Source of the DNA: a virus
DNA: 44,713 nucleotides
Virus record (IMG/VR): IMGVR_UViG_3300019458_000012
Coordinates: 1-44,713 of that record
Reading direction: 5' to 3' (one strand)
In this document: positions 1-7,175 of the stretch, one piece after another
Numbering within the stretch: the first letter of the stretch is position 1
Layout of the letters: each line of letters opens with the position of its first letter
Made by a program: the position numbers and the translations under genes
The notes under the pieces: generated by a model
Told to the model about the DNA's origin: nothing
What the model saw: only the letters and a program-made list of their open reading frames with translations
Databases searched by the model: none

Positions 1-123
1 AGGCGATGTGGACCAGGCGCGGAAGCGCGGGGATCGTGCTGCTGTCCGCGCAGCGCGGGAACAGTTGCGTGAGGAAGTCAACTTGACCAGGACTGCGGAA
101 GCCATGCAGAAGATGCGGGCGAT
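1..123. repeat. Terminal overlap copy 1, identical to 44591-44713
   Basis: Read by eye: bases 1-123 (aggcgatgtggaccagg...agatgcgggcgat) recur exactly at 44591-44713. The unique unit is 44590 bp. This is either an assembly circularisation overlap or terminal redundancy. Confidence 0.95.
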
Positions 124-283
124 TGCCTACAAGATCATGGATAAAAAGAGTATGACGCCTGATGACAAACGGCAAGCGATTGACAACCTGGCGACCAAGA
201 TGATAGCGTTGTCTAAATCAGCGCTCGGCAAGATTGACCGCCAGCGCTGGAAGAACCGCATCAAAGAGATGGAAGAAAAGTAA
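1..283 (+). CDS. C-terminal end of the large virion protein gene that starts at 40629 (wraps the circular junction)
   Basis: Track ORF 8..283 is in the same frame as ATG 40629 once 44590 is added. Stop TAA at 281-283. Confidence 0.85.
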   Translation, partial: GDVDQARKRGDRAAVRAAREQLREEVNLTRTAEAMQKMRAIAYKIMDKKSMTPDDKRQAIDNLATKMIALSKSALGKIDRQRWKNRIKEMEEK

Positions 284-792
284 TGGCTATCAAGCGTACC
301 ATACGTGGTATCCGCGATAAGATACCCGCTGGTTACATTCTCGGTCGTCTTGGTTCAGGCCGGGGGCAGGGGCCGGTGCAGCTTATCAAGGCTGACTTCA
401 ACAACGGTCGTGTCTCTGGAGGCGGTGGAGGCTCTGGCGTCACAAGCATTGCAATTGAAATCTTCGCTGGTGGCCTCATGCGGCCAAACGAAGTCGTTGG
501 CCAAATCATTGCGCCAGTAGAGTTTACGTTGCCTACGAACCTTCCTGACAGCTACGCCAAAGCTGTTGTCGCCAGCACTGGTGCAATCGTCTTGTCGATC
601 CGGAAAGCAACTGCGGTAGGCGGCACCGGCTCTGTCATCGGCACCATAACGTTCACAGGTTCGGCTACCGGGGTAATATCTTTCCTCTCTGATGTTGCAT
701 TCGCAATCGGGGATCGTCTTCTCGTTACTTGCCCTTCCCCGGCAAACGCAACCCTGTCGGGCACCACAATTCTTCTCATGGGGAACCTGTAA
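283..792 (+). CDS. Hypothetical virion/tail-associated protein, 169 aa
   Basis: TAATG overlap with the preceding stop (281-283 / 283-285). Beta-rich composition with a GGGGGSG tract. Lies in the late + strand block. Function is inferred from position only. Confidence 0.6.
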   Translation: MAIKRTIRGIRDKIPAGYILGRLGSGRGQGPVQLIKADFNNGRVSGGGGGSGVTSIAIEIFAGGLMRPNEVVGQIIAPVEFTLPTNLPDSYAKAVVASTGAIVLSIRKATAVGGTGSVIGTITFTGSATGVISFLSDVAFAIGDRLLVTCPSPANATLSGTTILLMGNL

Positions 793-1847
793 TGGCAACT
801 ATCATCCGTGATGGGTTTGACTTCTATGCGACTACAGCCGAAGGCAACACACTTTGGTCGTCATTGAGCAATTGCACATTATCTGCATCTTCGCGGTTTG
901 CAGTAGGACAATCTCTTGCGCTAGTAACTTCGGGTTTGACAGGCGATATCAATTTCCAACACACGTTTGGGTTCAATAGTACAGATACCCTAATACTGAA
1001 TTTTGCATTGAGGCGAACGTCTGGTATAACTGGTGCCACCACCGGCGAGCATAGGTTTCTATTTCTTGACGATGCCACTGTTCAATTTTCATTTACAATA
1101 GACGAAAACGGTGGCATGAGGTTCTTTCGTGGAAACGTGGCAACATTGCTCGGAACGTATTCCGGGGCCTTCGCTGGCGGCGGTTCTTGGAACCATTTCC
1201 AAATAAAAATTGTTATCAGCGATGCCGTTGGTTCATTTGAAGTCCGCCGTGACGGTAGCGATTTCAATGACTTTGAAGTTCTTTCAGTCGATACCAAGAT
1301 AACAGCCAATTCTTTTATCAATAGCGTTCAGTGCGTATGTGGCCAAAATAACCCTGCCGCCCACCAGATTGATGATTTCTGGCTTCTTGATAGTTCTGTT
1401 GTAGCAGGAGAACCTAGCAACTGGATTGGTGATGTTCGTGCTGTTCAGATTATGCCAAACTCGGACAGCATTGCATCCTTTGGCCGAAGCGCAGGCTCCA
1501 CCAATTTTTCGAATGTGGACGAGCTTATCGCAAGCTCTGCCGATTACGTCTTCGGATCAACTCCAGGCCAAGCAGATGAGTATGGGAACGCTGGCTTCGT
1601 TGCCCCCGTACCTGACGTAATCCAGGGGTTGTCTGTTCGTCTGGTTGCCCTCAAAACTGATGCTGGTCCACGTACCGTAGGATCACGGATAAGAACAAAC
1701 GGCGTGGCGGCAGAGGGGGCTGGTCGAACTATAACTGCGGCGGCGAGAAGCTACGTCTATCGTCATGATCTTAACCCGGATACTGGGGTGGCATGGACAG
1801 CAGCAGAAATAGCTGCTATGACATTCGGCCCGCGTATCGCAACTTAA
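792..1847 (+). CDS. Putative tail fibre / receptor-binding protein, 351 aa
   Basis: Track ORF is 729..1847. I prefer ATG 792, which overlaps the previous stop (TAATG at 790-794). Beta-rich, lectin/jelly-roll-like composition (IDDFWLLD). Function is positional inference. Confidence 0.55.
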   Translation: MATIIRDGFDFYATTAEGNTLWSSLSNCTLSASSRFAVGQSLALVTSGLTGDINFQHTFGFNSTDTLILNFALRRTSGITGATTGEHRFLFLDDATVQFSFTIDENGGMRFFRGNVATLLGTYSGAFAGGGSWNHFQIKIVISDAVGSFEVRRDGSDFNDFEVLSVDTKITANSFINSVQCVCGQNNPAAHQIDDFWLLDSSVVAGEPSNWIGDVRAVQIMPNSDSIASFGRSAGSTNFSNVDELIASSADYVFGSTPGQADEYGNAGFVAPVPDVIQGLSVRLVALKTDAGPRTVGSRIRTNGVAAEGAGRTITAAARSYVYRHDLNPDTGVAWTAAEIAAMTFGPRIAT

Positions 1848-1859
1848 AGGAAGAAAGCT

Positions 1860-2414
1860 ATGTCACTTCAAACCTGGGAAGAAGCCCTGCATTCGTCTAT
1901 TGACAATGCAACGGCAATCAGCAACTCTACGACAGAAACCATTATGGTACCGGACACGCCCATCCCGGCCCGCTATTGGTATCCTGGCCGCACTCTCAAG
2001 GCGACAATCAAGGGGGCGTTGTCTTGCGTTGTTACTACACCGGGCACATTGACGCTGCGGGCTCGTTATGGCGGCGTTGCCGGTACATTGCTTGTGGCTT
2101 CCGCTGCGCTTGGCATGAACATCGTGGCGAAAACCAACAGCCAAGTTTCTATGGAATTTCTGATTACGTGCCGCGCAAATGGTTGGTCAGCAACTTCGGG
2201 CTCCCTTTGGACAACCGGATGGGCGTGTCTCGGTGAAGCGCGTGTCGCCGCCAGCGTTGGCCAAATGGATCAGATACCATTAAACGCGGCTGCGGTGGTT
2301 GGATCATTGAACCTTATTGACGCTGGCACATTATCATTCACGGGTCAGTTCTCGGTTGCCACCAACCCGACCAACCTCACGATCAACCAGTTCGTGCTTG
2401 AAGCGTTTAACTGA
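1860..2414 (+). CDS. Hypothetical structural protein, 184 aa
   Basis: RBS AAGGAAG 6-12 nt upstream of the ATG. Beta-rich sequence in the late block. Confidence 0.6.
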   Translation: MSLQTWEEALHSSIDNATAISNSTTETIMVPDTPIPARYWYPGRTLKATIKGALSCVVTTPGTLTLRARYGGVAGTLLVASAALGMNIVAKTNSQVSMEFLITCRANGWSATSGSLWTTGWACLGEARVAASVGQMDQIPLNAAAVVGSLNLIDAGTLSFTGQFSVATNPTNLTINQFVLEAFN

Positions 2415-2653
2415 TGCCCGCGCCTTTCACTAGGCAAGGTATGCAAGGCCCACGGGGGCTACTCGGAATTCCACCTAGGCGCTTCCGTGAACGCACGCTT
2501 CCAAACCAGAACATAGCCCGCGTAACTCAAGCGGGACTTGAAGTTTGGCGCAGCACCACGCAACCTGAAACGCGGTTTACCCAAGTGGGACTGGAGATTT
2601 GGATCAACTCCGATGACCAATTGAGAAGGCTTGTCAATGTGTATTTCCTGTAG
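2414..2653 (+). CDS. Hypothetical protein, 79 aa, with an internal duplicated motif
   Basis: TGATG overlap with the previous stop. Contains RVTQAGLEVWRS and RFTQVGLEIWIN as a tandem motif. Confidence 0.5.
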   Translation: MPAPFTRQGMQGPRGLLGIPPRRFRERTLPNQNIARVTQAGLEVWRSTTQPETRFTQVGLEIWINSDDQLRRLVNVYFL

Positions 2654-2673
2654 TATATAAGGAAGGTGGAATT

Positions 2674-2907
2674 ATGGAGAAAAGAATGCACCAGCCACAT
2701 ATGTCAATTCTCGATGCTGTGCCTCTTGGCATCATCGCCGCGTCTGCTGCGGATATTATCCCGTCAATCGCCGCAGTATTTGCGATAGCCTGGTATTGCA
2801 TTCTCTTATGGGAGAGCGATACTGTTCGTGGTTTTACTGGCCGGGAAGTCGTTTATGACGATGACGATGACGATGACGATGATCCAGAAGACATGGTAGG
2901 AATTTGA
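2674..2907 (+). CDS. Small membrane protein with poly-Asp C-terminus; candidate holin/antiholin
   Basis: RBS GGAAGGTGGA. Hydrophobic stretch AVPLGIIAASAADIIPSIAAVFAIAWYCILLW. C-terminal DDDDDDDDDPED. Sits immediately upstream of the endolysin. Confidence 0.5.
   Translation: MEKRMHQPHMSILDAVPLGIIAASAADIIPSIAAVFAIAWYCILLWESDTVRGFTGREVVYDDDDDDDDDPEDMVGI
2857..2883 (+). repeat. (GACGAT)x4 + GAT microsatellite encoding nine consecutive Asp
   Basis: gacgatgacgatgacgatgacgatgat read directly inside CDS 2674..2907. Confidence 0.95.
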
Positions 2908-2908
2908 A

Positions 2909-3655
2909 ATGAAAACGTCAAGGCGCGGCCAACAGTTTATTATAGACCATGAAGGTGAAAAGCTTACGGCCTATCATGACGGGGTAGGGGTTTTGACCAT
3001 AGGTATCGGCCACACATCAGATGAAAAATATCCTGTCAAGCGTGGCATGAAGATAACCAGGGCTCAGTCACGCGAAATCTTCGCGCATGACATGTCTGAG
3101 GTCGAGAGGGCAATCAGCGCGATGGTAGTGCCGCAACTCAATGGCAACCAGTACGGCGCTGTTGCCAGCTTGATCCTCAACATTGGTGTCGAAGGGTTCC
3201 GTGGATCGACTGTCCGAAAGCTCATCAACAAAGGCGGCAGCAAGTCCGCGATCACCCGTGCGTTCGGCATGTGGGTAAAGGGCGGCAATCCCAAGCGTGA
3301 AATAGCTGGCCTGGTCAAGAGGCGGGCTGACGAAGCGGCGCTGTACTTCACACCGGCTGAGCTGGGAAAATCCCCTGTTGTGCTTCCGAAGACAGGCAAA
3401 CCTACCCCCCAAATCGAAGAAGCACGGGGAACAAAAGGCAATGTTGCCGAAGGCGGAGACGGAACCTTGGCCGTGCAAACAGGAACTGGCATAACTGGCA
3501 CCGGCGCTGTCGCGGATGTAGTCCGTGATCAAGCTGATCAGCTTTCCTTCGTTGCTTATTATTCAGACATAATCCAGTACGTGGTCATTGCCATGGTAAT
3601 GCTTGGCGTCAGCATTACGTTTTATGGCTTGTACAAGAAATTCAAAGATAAGTAG
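2909..3655 (+). CDS. Endolysin, GH24 (T4 / lambda R type lysozyme) with a C-terminal transmembrane segment
   Basis: N-terminal HEGEKLTAYHDGVGVLTIGIGHT gives the E-x8-D-x5-T catalytic triad of phage lysozymes. C-terminus IIQYVVIAMVMLGVSITFYGLY followed by KKFKDK. Confidence 0.85.
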   Translation: MKTSRRGQQFIIDHEGEKLTAYHDGVGVLTIGIGHTSDEKYPVKRGMKITRAQSREIFAHDMSEVERAISAMVVPQLNGNQYGAVASLILNIGVEGFRGSTVRKLINKGGSKSAITRAFGMWVKGGNPKREIAGLVKRRADEAALYFTPAELGKSPVVLPKTGKPTPQIEEARGTKGNVAEGGDGTLAVQTGTGITGTGAVADVVRDQADQLSFVAYYSDIIQYVVIAMVMLGVSITFYGLYKKFKDK

Positions 3656-3657
3656 CC

Positions 3658-4092
3658 ATGTGGAAGTTCATCACCAGCATAGTAACTGGCGGCCTTGGCA
3701 ACATCTTTGGCGGATACCTTGACTACCGCAACGTGAAGTCCCGGCTTGAAGCTGGCGCCCTTGAACGGTACATGGAAGCTGAGATTGAAACGAACCGGCA
3801 GAAGCTCATGATGAACAAACTTCTCATGGAACATTGGTCAACCAGGTTCATTGTTCCCGGCTTCGCCTTTATCACAATGGCTCACTACGGCGCTGTGGTA
3901 TTGGACAGCATATTCCTGTTCGACTGGAACGTCGCCGCTTTGCCAGGGCCGATTGCCGATTGGGAAGGGCAAATCATTCTGAGCTTCTTCATTGTGGTTC
4001 CGGCCAAAGACTTGCTTACCAAGTGGCTGAACCGTGGACTTGTGTCTAGTGCGATCACAAACGCCAAGTCAATATTTACCCGGAAGAAGTAA
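3658..4092 (+). CDS. Putative holin, three-TM (GTA-holin / DUF3154-like architecture)
   Basis: Gly-rich N-terminus (IVTGGLGNIFGG), a charged helical linker, then HWSTRFIVPGFAFITMAHYGAVVL and GQIILSFFIVVP hydrophobic segments. Directly follows the endolysin. The family assignment is from memory of that family's architecture. Confidence 0.5.
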   Translation: MWKFITSIVTGGLGNIFGGYLDYRNVKSRLEAGALERYMEAEIETNRQKLMMNKLLMEHWSTRFIVPGFAFITMAHYGAVVLDSIFLFDWNVAALPGPIADWEGQIILSFFIVVPAKDLLTKWLNRGLVSSAITNAKSIFTRKK

Positions 4093-4408
4093 TAACACCC
4101 TTTTGTCGGCTATCCATGCCGCAAGCTTTAAGAGCACTGTAAAGAAGATCATAGACGCCGCGAAGCTGTCGATGATGGCCTTCAACCCATCCCTGCATGA
4201 CTGCATCGTCTTCGGTTTTGCCATCATAGACACCTGATTTCCAGGCAGTCTTGAGGGCTCCCTTGAATGGCGGAGTTTTCTTCATGACAACTTTGTATTT
4301 GCCATAGTTGTTAGCATCGACGCCAACGTTTGCTATGTCAATCTGACCAATGGTTCTAGATTTGCTTTCGTTTCCGCCAGGGCATAAGTCAATTGTAATC
4401 CTGATCAT
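4076..4408 (-). CDS. Hypothetical protein, 110 aa (last gene of the - strand block)
   Basis: RBS ACAGGA 8 nt upstream of ATG 4408, the same RBS flavour as other - strand genes. Its 3' end overlaps the convergent gene 3658..4092 by 17 nt. Confidence 0.6.
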   Translation of the reverse strand: MIRITIDLCPGGNESKSRTIGQIDIANVGVDANNYGKYKVVMKKTPPFKGALKTAWKSGVYDGKTEDDAVMQGWVEGHHRQLRGVYDLLYSALKACGMDSRQKGVITSSG

Positions 4409-4446
4409 GTTACTATCCTGTTATCACAAAGCGTAAAGGTTAACGG

Positions 4447-4468
4447 GACAGGCTATAGCCTGTCTTTT
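4447..4468 (+). terminator. Rho-independent terminator-like hairpin, + strand polarity
   Basis: GACAGGC-TATA-GCCTGTC (7-bp stem) followed by TTTTC on the + strand. The - strand version has no U-run. Confidence 0.55.
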
Positions 4469-4519
4469 CAAAAATAAAAACAGGTTACAGGTTGGTTTAT
4501 GTACCAAATTGGTACAAAT

Positions 4520-4738
4520 CTAAGTTACTTGGCAGTGCATGACGACCGGCACAGCGTAGCCGTCACCGCCTGAGAACGTCCACTTGTAGGGAGCCATGTA
4601 GCCAGCATCCTGCATTTCAAGTTCCATCTCCAGCATGATCATGTTCATGTAATTGGAAAATCCTCCATTGTATGAAGTGGCTTCCATAATCATGAAAGCC
4701 CGCTTCACTTCTACTGTAGGCCGCTGACGCTTTGCCAT
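4520..4738 (-). CDS. Hypothetical Met-rich protein, 72 aa
   Basis: ORF in the - strand block. Its start overlaps the stop of the upstream gene by 1 nt (4738). Confidence 0.5.
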   Translation of the reverse strand: MAKRQRPTVEVKRAFMIMEATSYNGGFSNYMNMIMLEMELEMQDAGYMAPYKWTFSGGDGYAVPVVMHCQVT

Positions 4739-5073
4739 TATGCTGGTGTACCTGTGATGATCTTGATGAAGTCGTCCGAAGACAAATCAACAAACTTCGT
4801 CGCGCATCCGTTGAAGAAATACACAACTCGCGTCACCTTGTTCGCAGATTGCGTGAACGCGATGGCGCTGTCAAAATTTGTGTCGGGCTGAGGGAAAAGC
4901 TTGGTAAGCTCTTTCCGGAACGCTGTAGTTTCCTCCAAGGTCATGGACACAGCAATGGAGCCGTCCATAGTTTCGGCCTTGATGACAAGCTCCGGGGGAT
5001 AGCAAGTCTGCGCGGCTGCGGGTGACGCAGATAGCACGGCGAGAAGGGAAAGCACGGCTAGTTCTTTCTTCAT
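4738..5073 (-). CDS. Secreted/periplasmic protein with a Sec-type signal peptide, 111 aa
   Basis: MKKELAVLSLLAVLSASPAAAQ has a basic n-region, a hydrophobic core and an AxA-type site. Two Cys in the mature part. No canonical lipobox. Confidence 0.65.
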   Translation of the reverse strand: MKKELAVLSLLAVLSASPAAAQTCYPPELVIKAETMDGSIAVSMTLEETTAFRKELTKLFPQPDTNFDSAIAFTQSANKVTRVVYFFNGCATKFVDLSSDDFIKIITGTPA

Positions 5074-5102
5074 GACACGGTCCTTTCTAGGGTTGGGTTA
5101 CG

Positions 5103-5480
5103 TCAATCAAAATTGACTATACCCTGTTTTTCTAGTTCAGTCAAATGAAGTTCCAGTTCCGCCATAGCATTCCAGGCTTTCATCTGCTTGTGCTTCAGGC
5201 CGCTTTCCTTGTCCAGGGGAGCGATGGCTTCCTTGAGAAGGTGCCGCCCTTCCGCGTCTGCGTACCGGCCTTCGCCATCCGGCACACTACGCCAGTCCTG
5301 ATCTTCAAACGACACATCGTACTTCTTGGCCCCATAGGCTGACACATCAGCAACGGCCAAGATAGCGCGTGGGAAGTAGCGCATGAAGCCACGGACGACC
5401 GGCGATTTGCCTGCGTCAAACTTTTTTCCTGGTGCGTTCTTGAATTGCTCTGGCAGCATTACTTCTGTATTTCTACCCAT
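5103..5480 (-). CDS. DUF5664-like (dATP/dGTP diphosphohydrolase N-terminal domain-like) protein
   Basis: KFDAGKSP...YGAKKY...DWRSV...RHLLKE...DKESGLKH matches my recollection of the KhDxGK...GaxKY...NW...RHl...DxESGlxH pattern. An alternative start, ATG 5459, would give TAATG coupling to the upstream stop. Confidence 0.5.
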   Translation of the reverse strand: MGRNTEVMLPEQFKNAPGKKFDAGKSPVVRGFMRYFPRAILAVADVSAYGAKKYDVSFEDQDWRSVPDGEGRYADAEGRHLLKEAIAPLDKESGLKHKQMKAWNAMAELELHLTELEKQGIVNFD

Positions 5481-6682
5481 TTGCGTTGCTTCTGTTCAAT
5501 GATGGGATCGTCCACATACACCGACACGCGGGCAGTGATGCCGTGCTCTGGATGGACAAACCATAGGCATTGTGACGGGCGGCTTGGATCAGCGCGAAGG
5601 AACAGGCGGGCGTATTCGTCGTATCCCTTGAGCGCGTTGTTCACGATGACGCGGGGGAGCCAGATTTCTTGGTGCCAGTGTCCCATGATAAGATAGTCAA
5701 ATTCACGCCCGATTTTGTATTCCGAACTTCGCAGTTTAACTGCACCACGAGCGATTGGTCCGAGGGCTCCAATGATGCCATCTCCCCCTTTAACGCCCAA
5801 AGCATTTCCGTGAGTGAGAAGGAAGCGTTGACCAGCAACGCGGAAGAAGGCGTCAGTTTCTCCGGGAACGAAGACTGTAACATTCGGGTCATTGCGATAA
5901 TACCTTTCCAACATGCAATAGAGGTTCCATTCATAAGATAGATACACGGCCTGCTTGGCACGCTGCTTCTTCGTAGTGCGACCATGGTTGCCCACAACGC
6001 AGGGAACGAAGACCTTGCCGAAGGCTTTCTTCACTTCGTCGATGCCCCATATGAGAAGATCAAGACAATCACTGACGCCTTGCAAGGGGGTGCCGTCATT
6101 TGTCTCCTCAAGTTCTTCATGGATATCGCCAGATATCATGTCGCCGCCCAGGGCGACTACCATGCCTTCTGGAGGCGGCGATCCGTCCTTGAATGCAAAG
6201 CCTTTGGCCAAGCGAATAGTGTTTGTAACCAGGCGCTTCACTCGCTCTTTGGCAATGGCGCGGTTGTATTCATTGACGCCACCAGTTTCTTCCTTGTTGA
6301 CAACTTCTCCATAGTGCCAGTCAGACCAGAAGGCAAATGGGATTGATCCGTGACCACCTTTGCCTCGTGACTTAATAGCCCACTTCGGAGGGTTAGGATT
6401 GATAGCAGAAAGACCATAGATATCCTTACGGACTTGTTCGGCGCTTTCGTTGTGGGCATGGATAGTAGTAAGCTTATGCTGCAATTCACGGACCTGAGTT
6501 TGAGCATGAGCGAGAGGATCACGCTTGGCAGCGATTGTGATGCCACGCTTCGCTGCCATTGCAAGGCGATCCCGAAAAGTTTTCTCCGGCATATTGATAC
6601 TGTCGGCTGCGGCCTTCGCGTTTGAAAACTTCGACGCAAGCGTCACCATCTCTCGGAGTTCTGCGTCACTGATCTTTGCCAT
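5459..6682 (-). CDS. Calcineurin-like metallophosphoesterase with an N-terminal HTH-like region, 407 aa
   Basis: GDMISGDIH, GNHG and GHWH motifs. Start moved from track 6757 to ATG 6682 (MAKISD), which has GGGAAG 7 nt upstream. Confidence 0.75.
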   Translation of the reverse strand: MAKISDAELREMVTLASKFSNAKAAADSINMPEKTFRDRLAMAAKRGITIAAKRDPLAHAQTQVRELQHKLTTIHAHNESAEQVRKDIYGLSAINPNPPKWAIKSRGKGGHGSIPFAFWSDWHYGEVVNKEETGGVNEYNRAIAKERVKRLVTNTIRLAKGFAFKDGSPPPEGMVVALGGDMISGDIHEELEETNDGTPLQGVSDCLDLLIWGIDEVKKAFGKVFVPCVVGNHGRTTKKQRAKQAVYLSYEWNLYCMLERYYRNDPNVTVFVPGETDAFFRVAGQRFLLTHGNALGVKGGDGIIGALGPIARGAVKLRSSEYKIGREFDYLIMGHWHQEIWLPRVIVNNALKGYDEYARLFLRADPSRPSQCLWFVHPEHGITARVSVYVDDPIIEQKQRKWVEIQK

Positions 6683-7175
6683 TTGATACTTCCCTTGTTT
6701 GAAACATGATGCCGTCGGATGTGTAGTTATTATGGACGAAACGAAGAAAATCGTCAAGGTCTAATATTGCTACCCACCGTTTATCGCTTCTTCGGTGCAT
6801 AACAACAGGGACGGCGGAACCGGCGTCTTCCGATGCTTGCTCAAGCCAGTTATAAAGGTTTCCTGCTTCAACCCTTTTGCATTCAATATGAATGCCCGCC
6901 TTAGTAAGCATTTCAGAAACAATGTCGGGACTATCAGGGGTTCCCTTGAATTGCTGTCCGCGTCTTGCATCGAAGCCACGGTCGATAAGATGATGGACGA
7001 GTTCAAGTTCACCACGCGATCCCTTCTTCTTGCTGTTGATCTTCTTCAGTTCGACAACTTTCGCAGCCTTACGTCTAGCCATGACTGCCTTCTCCGTGTT
7101 TCGTGGTTCTTGGCCGCAATCACAATATCGTTCCAGCCCACAAGCACATCCGCCGCCGTGATCGAACCTAGCCAT
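6666..7175 (-). CDS. PD-(D/E)xK nuclease, Holliday-junction-resolvase-like, with an N-terminal Cys4 cluster
   Basis: GSRGELELVHHL ... PDIV ... IHIECKR gives the E / D / ExK pattern. N-terminus GGGCACGLERYCDCG. TAATG coupling to the polymerase stop. Confidence 0.6.
   Translation of the reverse strand: MARFDHGGGCACGLERYCDCGQEPRNTEKAVMARRKAAKVVELKKINSKKKGSRGELELVHHLIDRGFDARRGQQFKGTPDSPDIVSEMLTKAGIHIECKRVEAGNLYNWLEQASEDAGSAVPVVMHRRSDKRWVAILDLDDFLRFVHNNYTSDGIMFQTREVSNGKDQ

Noticed and set aside
1-123. A biological direct terminal repeat of 123 bp
   Set aside because: An exact end-to-end overlap that falls inside a coding region is equally what an assembler leaves on a circular or permuted contig. 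The sequence alone cannot decide, so I did not call physical ends.
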